22,027 bases of DNA from Pseudomonadota bacterium (GTDB lineage: Bacteria > Bdellovibrionota > Bdellovibrionia > Bdellovibrionales > SG-bin7), in NCBI GenBank assembly GCA_034439715.1, contig JAWXAY010000038.1, positions 1 through 22,027 on the forward strand, read 5' to 3'. The notes under the pieces are model-generated. The model was not told the origin of the DNA. It did not search any database and worked only from the letters and a program-made list of their open reading frames with translations. Positions 17,301 through 22,027 of the stretch are shown here, piece after piece (the first letter of the stretch is position 1; every line of letters begins with the position of its first letter). The position numbers were made by a program, and so were the translations under genes.

Positions 17301-17722
17301 AATTAAATAATACAACGAGTTCGGCATTAAGATTGTTCAAAATGTTTCTAATGTATCTAGGTGTAACATTTCTATTGATCATGTTAGCGAATGAGGTCGA
17401 TGCCAAAACTTCACTCCGAACCGTTAAGTGCGACGAATCAAAAATGATCGAAGTCTATGTTAAGCCAAGCTTCAGCACGATTGTTAATTTTCCTATTAAG
17501 CCCGACAACGTCGTTTTGGGTGGGAAGAATCAATTTGCAATTGAGTATATTAAAAATGATATCGCGCTGACAGCTTTGGCCTCGAATTCGAGAACAAATT
17601 TATTCGTGTATTTATTTGGCAGGAGATGTGGTTTTCAGCTCATGGCGTCCTCACTGAAACACGACAATTTGATTCTTGTTCGCGACCCAGAAGAAGCAAA
17701 AATAAAAGTTCCTTTGAAATAG
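17297..17722 (+). CDS. Short VirB9/TrbG-like protein (N-terminal domain only)
   Basis: GTG start with AGGAG RBS overlapping the virB8 stop. Signal-peptide-like leader, then IEVYVKPSFSTIVNFP...VVLG...RTNLFV. Confidence 0.65.
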   Translation: MKLNNTTSSALRLFKMFLMYLGVTFLLIMLANEVDAKTSLRTVKCDESKMIEVYVKPSFSTIVNFPIKPDNVVLGGKNQFAIEYIKNDIALTALASNSRTNLFVYLFGRRCGFQLMASSLKHDNLILVRDPEEAKIKVPLK

Positions 17723-17731
17723 GCGGTAACG

Positions 17732-18631
17732 ATGGACGAAGAAGTTAAAGTAAGTCTTGTCGGCGATGACGGCCATAAAAGGCGCTGGGGTTTAGAAAAC
17801 CTGCTCTACCGCAAGGAAGGTCGCAAACTTAGTATCAACGTCAAAGTCACCGCGTGGATGTTTTGTCTTTTTATTTTGGCTGGCAGCGCTTACTCAATTA
17901 TTTCAGAATTTTTTAAACCTACGCCGACAGAGAATTCGGTTCCAATTGCTTTCACCGAACAAATGGGTTCAAGATCGTCAGGATCGGAAAAAATTCAGAT
18001 ACCCAGTGGCAATTCAGAATTCAATAGACCTGCGCCGACAGGCAGCAAGTCTAAGGTCGTGGTTTATTATTCCGCTCCGCAAGTCATTGGCAGACCCAAT
18101 TTAGGAAAGATACCACCAGGCACAATGGTCAAAGCAAAATTTATTACAGGGGCCTCCAATGGCCCTTTAAAGGCAATGCTTGTGGAGGCCTTAGCAATCA
18201 ACGGCGAAGATATCGCTCCTGAGGGAACAACCTTGGTTGGCTCAGGTAGTTCGGGTGATGACAGGCTGAGTGTGCAGTTTACCAAACTTGTATTTAGAGA
18301 TGGTAAATCGCAAAGCATCCAAGCCCAAGGGTGTGATCTGTCCGATCAAACTGTTGGCGTTAAGGGTAAAAAATTAAGTAAGTACGCTGTTCTTTTGGCA
18401 ACTGGCGCAGGACTTAATTTTTTGGGTGGTGTTGCTGAGGGTTTGCAGGAGACCCAAGTTCAAAACGGTGTCGCTACCAAAAAATCAGACCTCAAAAATG
18501 CTGCCCTTAACGGAGCCTCAAAATCAGCCCTCGATTTATCAACAGACGTTCTATCGGACATGAAAAGTAAAAAATCAGTCATTCAAGTTGAAAGCGGAAA
18601 AGAATTCTATGTTCTATTCGAAGGAGAATAA
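17732..18631 (+). CDS. virB10: VirB10/TrbI-like core complex protein
   Basis: TM segment, Pro/Ser-rich linker, IPPGTMVKAKFITG, APEGTTLVG, hydrophobic antenna helices, and C-terminal IQVESGKEFYVLF. Confidence 0.85.
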   Translation: MDEEVKVSLVGDDGHKRRWGLENLLYRKEGRKLSINVKVTAWMFCLFILAGSAYSIISEFFKPTPTENSVPIAFTEQMGSRSSGSEKIQIPSGNSEFNRPAPTGSKSKVVVYYSAPQVIGRPNLGKIPPGTMVKAKFITGASNGPLKAMLVEALAINGEDIAPEGTTLVGSGSSGDDRLSVQFTKLVFRDGKSQSIQAQGCDLSDQTVGVKGKKLSKYAVLLATGAGLNFLGGVAEGLQETQVQNGVATKKSDLKNAALNGASKSALDLSTDVLSDMKSKKSVIQVESGKEFYVLFEGE

Positions 18632-18633
18632 AT

Positions 18634-20085
18634 TTGATATTTAGTCAAAATCAGAAATCAAATTCGACACAGGCAAATACCGATGCCTTTATTAAATTGT
18701 GCAAAAATCTTGTTTTTGGAATCGGACAGCCCATAGTTGAGATATTTTACGGAATAAAGAAAGATACAATTCCCTATTTGCCAATCTTAGCCTGGGGGCT
18801 GGTATTTGATATTCTAACCCTGAGCCATCTGGATCAAAAAATATTTAAATTTTTAAAGCTTGGTTGGCTTTACCCGCAGAATCCGATCACCTATTCGATT
18901 TATTGCTTTTTCGGAGTAACATTTGGCTTTTCGGTATGGGGCGCAATTCAAACCAGAAAGAAAACAAATATGATTCAAAGACTCACTGAAGTTTTTCAAG
19001 AGACTGGCCTTAAAAGTCCAATGGGAAAGCTGCCTAATTTTATTTTCGATAAACCAGTGGATGAGCTAGTCAGGCGTCTTCGTATTACAAATGCATTTAT
19101 GCCAAAGGCAAAGTTTGAGGAGGCCAAGGATCGCTTAGAAAGTTCCCTTCAGGTTTACATTGATGAAATCAGCGAAAGCAAATCTGGCGGAACAGTGGAT
19201 CTTTTGTATTCTCATTTTGAAATTTCGAAAATGGTCGAGATGACGGATATAAAATCTATTGGCAGACATCGGTTCTTAATTGGCAAGACTAGAGCGAAGA
19301 CGATCTATTCAACACTTTCGGAAACGCCACACTTATTGATTGGCGGCCAAACCGGCGGCGGCAAATCGACTTTTCTTCGGCAAGTTATTACCACGCTTTA
19401 TTGCAACAACCCTGATTACAATTTCACTTTGATTGATATGAAAGGCGGTCTTGAATTTCAACTCTTTGAAAATCGTGATCGGATCAAAGTGATTTCGACT
19501 CCAAATGACAGTAGTAGCCAGTTTACTATTTTGGATCAATTGCTGACTGAAAGATTTGAACTGCTAAAAACGAATCAATGCAAAGACATCGAAGAATTTC
19601 AACAGAAGCCAAAAGATCAACTAAAACTACCAGATGGCCTAAAAGCGGAATCTTTTAAGTTGAATCGCAACATTGTTGTCATTGATGAGGCTGCCGAACT
19701 GTTTCTAGCCAGTGGCAAAGTAAATGTTAGTCTGGTTCAAGAGATGACTAGAAAAGTGATTCGCCTTGCAGCCCAAGGGCGTGCGGTGGGAATTCATTTA
19801 ATCGTCGCAACTCAAAAGCCGGATTCAAAAGCCATCAGTTCCCAAATCAAAGCCAATTTGACTGGAATCATTTCGTTTCCAATGGCAACGCTGGGGGCGA
19901 GTTTTTCCATTTTAGGAAATGGCCGTGCCAAAGAGCTACCATCGATTCCGGGCCGAGCTGTTTGGAAATCAGGTCTTGATCAATTCGAAGTGCAGACTGC
20001 GTTTCTAAGTCCCGATCAGACCAAAATTGAATTGGATAAAAGCTCGGCGCCAAAGGAAGAGGTTCATGAAGAAAAGACAGTTTAA
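18634..20085 (+). CDS. FtsK/SpoIIIE-family ATPase, probable TcpA-like coupling protein or DNA translocase
   Basis: N-terminal TM segments, PHLLIGGQTGGGKS, LIDMKGGLEF, VVIDEAAEL and GRAVGIHLIVATQKP. TTG start with AGGAG RBS. Confidence 0.88.
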   Translation: MIFSQNQKSNSTQANTDAFIKLCKNLVFGIGQPIVEIFYGIKKDTIPYLPILAWGLVFDILTLSHLDQKIFKFLKLGWLYPQNPITYSIYCFFGVTFGFSVWGAIQTRKKTNMIQRLTEVFQETGLKSPMGKLPNFIFDKPVDELVRRLRITNAFMPKAKFEEAKDRLESSLQVYIDEISESKSGGTVDLLYSHFEISKMVEMTDIKSIGRHRFLIGKTRAKTIYSTLSETPHLLIGGQTGGGKSTFLRQVITTLYCNNPDYNFTLIDMKGGLEFQLFENRDRIKVISTPNDSSSQFTILDQLLTERFELLKTNQCKDIEEFQQKPKDQLKLPDGLKAESFKLNRNIVVIDEAAELFLASGKVNVSLVQEMTRKVIRLAAQGRAVGIHLIVATQKPDSKAISSQIKANLTGIISFPMATLGASFSILGNGRAKELPSIPGRAVWKSGLDQFEVQTAFLSPDQTKIELDKSSAPKEEVHEEKTV

Positions 20086-20953
20086 AATAAATGCGGAAGA
20101 CATGAATTGCCTTTGGATGCTTTGGCGTTGGAAATTACTTTCGACCAGCGCGATCCACCAATTGGCGTACAACAAGCGAAGCGTCTACGGCTGCTACGTT
20201 CGCCTTTTAGATTTGGAAGGCAAAGATTTTGTCATTTCAACAGGTTCCTGGGATATGAAAACAGTGGTCTGGCATTTAGGCGAAGCTGGCTACAAAGCGT
20301 TGTTAACTCAATTCAGATCGCCCATTGAGAATGGCTTTCGTTCAGAAAATAAGGATCATGATTTCTGGGTATCAGCCATCCATCTTGGTGAATGGATATC
20401 AGGGACGCCCGATGACTGTGCCAATTTTACGGAGCAGGAATTAAGAAAAATTTCGCTAAATGATTATCCAAAATGGGTGCCGCACACCAAAGAGCATCGT
20501 CCTGATGGCTGGTGGAAGATCGGTCTTGGCAAACACAATAAAGAAAGCCTCATTGCGCTAGAAGTTGAATTATCAAAGAAGTCACCGCAAGATTACAGTG
20601 ACGTCGGCGCATTTTATTCAAATGTCATTGATGTAAGCCAAGTCATTTGGGTTGTCAGATCAGAATCATCGAAAAATTATATTCTGAACCACTTAAAAAA
20701 AGGTTCTTCAACACAAGCCAGTGAACACAGTTTTGTCCTGCTCGACCACTATATTATGTCCCAATGGCAGTCACAAATTATTGATGGCAAACATCAAGGT
20801 AAAAAATTAATTGAGATTCTAAAAATATCTAAGCAAAACGAGGGCAAAACACTTTGTGCCAATTTTGCATTAGACGTTCGAAAATATCCAATGATTTCAA
20901 GATCTCCCATCTTGGCGAGTAAAGCCGATTTGGGACTCAGTAGACAGTATTGA
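20066..20953 (+). CDS. Replication-relaxation (Replic_Relax/MOBC-like) PD-(D/E)xK putative relaxase
   Basis: N-terminal winged-helix (LLSTSAIHQL...RLLDLEGKDFV...VWHLGEAG), HDFWV, RPDGWW and IALEVELSKKS. Directly follows the coupling ATPase. ATG 20066 with GAGG RBS. Confidence 0.7.
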   Translation: MKKRQFKINAEDMNCLWMLWRWKLLSTSAIHQLAYNKRSVYGCYVRLLDLEGKDFVISTGSWDMKTVVWHLGEAGYKALLTQFRSPIENGFRSENKDHDFWVSAIHLGEWISGTPDDCANFTEQELRKISLNDYPKWVPHTKEHRPDGWWKIGLGKHNKESLIALEVELSKKSPQDYSDVGAFYSNVIDVSQVIWVVRSESSKNYILNHLKKGSSTQASEHSFVLLDHYIMSQWQSQIIDGKHQGKKLIEILKISKQNEGKTLCANFALDVRKYPMISRSPILASKADLGLSRQY

Positions 20954-20965
20954 TAGGAGCACGTT

Positions 20966-21199
20966 TTGAAGATAGTAATAATGTTAGTGATAACGGTAAT
21001 AGGATTGAGTTCATGTACGACAATAAATAAGAATAAAATGGATTCAAATAAAGCAATTAATAAAGATGATAATAAATCTCCTTCGTTAACAGCACCAAAG
21101 GTTAGCAGGGTTTGGGTTCCCGATAAAATTGAAGGCGATAAATATATTGAAGGTCATTATATGTGGATTTTAGAAAAGACAACGTCATGGAGTCAGTAA
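20966..21199 (+). CDS. TraV/VirB7-like outer-membrane lipoprotein
   Basis: Lipobox GLSSC after a short hydrophobic leader. C-terminal RVWVPD...EGHYMWIL...W resembles the TraV motif. AGGAG RBS and TTG start. Confidence 0.65.
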   Translation: MKIVIMLVITVIGLSSCTTINKNKMDSNKAINKDDNKSPSLTAPKVSRVWVPDKIEGDKYIEGHYMWILEKTTSWSQ

Positions 21200-21201
21200 A
21201 A

Positions 21202-21720
21202 ATGGAAACAGAAAATAAAGAGCAAAAGATTGAAAGAATAGTTTTAGACACTGCAAATGTAACTGCGGTACTAAAGCTATCGGATCAAATTATTTTGGAA
21301 TTGGGTGATTTAGTTCAAGTCACCCAAAAGGCTGTGGCAAATTTTATTATCCGGAAACGTTCTCAAGCCTTATCATCCCAAGAAATGTCAGAGTTTTTAT
21401 CTGAAAATTACGATCTAGTTAAGGCCTTGAAACACGCTACACAAAAGGCAATTAAGGCTAAGCACAATGGAGATCATATCGAAATTAGTGATGTTCTAAA
21501 ATTAATTCAGACACCAAGTGTTAAGTCTGAATCAGCATCCCATAAGGTTCGCGGTAGAAAGAAAAAAGTCATTACGACACCCTCGTCAAATGGGCAAAAC
21601 AAGGAGCCTAATGGGCAACTCTCTTCATTTGGCGAAGTAACAAATGGCTCTGCCGAGACAGCAAAATCAGATTCAATTTCACAAAAAAATAGTCTAACAA
21701 CTTCTTCTAAATCACCTTGA
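21202..21720 (+). CDS. Hypothetical protein with a basic, low-complexity tail
   Basis: GGAG RBS before ATG 21202, 2 nt after the lipoprotein stop. Helical N-terminal region, then VRGRKKK and a Ser/Thr-rich tail. Confidence 0.7.
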   Translation: METENKEQKIERIVLDTANVTAVLKLSDQIILELGDLVQVTQKAVANFIIRKRSQALSSQEMSEFLSENYDLVKALKHATQKAIKAKHNGDHIEISDVLKLIQTPSVKSESASHKVRGRKKKVITTPSSNGQNKEPNGQLSSFGEVTNGSAETAKSDSISQKNSLTTSSKSP

Positions 21721-21734
21721 TTTCCGAGGGAAAA

Positions 21735-21962
21735 ATGTCGAAAATACTTTTATCGGGATTAGATAAAAGTGAGTCCCAGTTCTTTGAAAATCGAATAGTC
21801 TGTGAGTGGTTATCATCTGCTCAAGTTGCGGCCTTTTTAGGAATTTCTGAAAATGCACTTCGCATAATGGTTTATCGAAGGCAGGTTAAGTTTTCTAAAC
21901 TTGGTCGTAGATTGAGATTTCATATTGATGATGTGAACGCTCTTTTTTCTCGGAAGGGATAA
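21735..21962 (+). CDS. xis: Excisionase-like HTH protein (probable recombination directionality factor)
   Basis: EWLSSAQVAAFLGISENALRIMVYRRQVKFSKLGRRLRFHIDDV. GAGGG RBS before ATG 21735; alternative TTG start at 21717. Confidence 0.8.
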   Translation: MSKILLSGLDKSESQFFENRIVCEWLSSAQVAAFLGISENALRIMVYRRQVKFSKLGRRLRFHIDDVNALFSRKG

Positions 21963-21967
21963 AAGAG

Positions 21968-22027
21968 ATGATCAAATCTTATATGAATGGAAAACAAAAG
22001 CTCTATGAAGTTTATGTAGCCGAACGC
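21968..22027 (+). CDS. Partial ORF running off the window, probably the N-terminus of a site-specific integrase
   Basis: ATG 5 nt after the xis stop, open to the window end: MIKSYMNGKQKLYEVYVAER. The pattern resembles a beta-stranded arm-binding start. The call rests on position after xis; no catalytic residues are visible. Confidence 0.45.
   Translation, partial: MIKSYMNGKQKLYEVYVAER

Larger units (their letters stand above)
11141..22027 (+). mobile_element. Core transfer/excision module of a probable ICE (boundaries not visible; cargo likely extends left)
   Basis: Contiguous co-oriented T4SS genes, coupling ATPase, relaxase-like gene, excisionase and a following ORF at the usual integrase position. 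Confidence 0.8.

Noticed and set aside
18634..20085. Chromosomal cell-division FtsK or type VII secretion EssC/EccC
   Set aside because: It has a single ATPase domain, no gamma domain or long linker, no WXG100 genes nearby, and it is embedded in a T4SS operon.
229..20328. Short alternative-frame and antisense ORFs in the track (e.g. 229-426, 1586-1849, 5631-5870, 8694-8993, 12329-12607, 14596-15015, 18067-18318, 20107-20328)
   Set aside because: All lie largely within well-supported genes and show no recognisable motifs.

Overview
The window looks like part of an integrative conjugative element (ICE) with cargo. Left, minus strand (1-4305): an Xis-like HTH gene, an SNF2 helicase with a C-terminal DUF3883-type nuclease domain, and a DUF1156-type adenine methyltransferase that is cut off exactly at its SAM-binding motif by sequence beginning TGTGGTGT (probable transposon end). 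Middle, plus strand (4805-10795): a tightly coupled four-gene signalling operon (cytoplasmic lipocalin-like protein, periplasmic type I ligand-binding protein, histidine kinase, NtrC-family sigma-54 activator), then a stand-alone Upf1/DNA2-like SF1 helicase. Right, plus strand (11141-22027): a compact transfer operon with VirB2, B3, B4, B5, B6, B8, a half-length B9, B10, an FtsK-type (not VirD4) coupling ATPase, a PD-(D/E)xK Replic_Relax/MOBC-like relaxase, a TraV-like lipoprotein, an excisionase and the probable start of an integrase. The most striking non-coding signal is a TGAGACT/AGTCTCA palindromic motif. It occurs upstream of the signalling operon and as a cluster upstream of the transfer operon, where it is followed by an IHF-like site and a near-consensus sigma-54 box. 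This suggests ligand-sensing, sigma-54-dependent control of conjugation. All family assignments come from motif recognition by eye; no searches were run.
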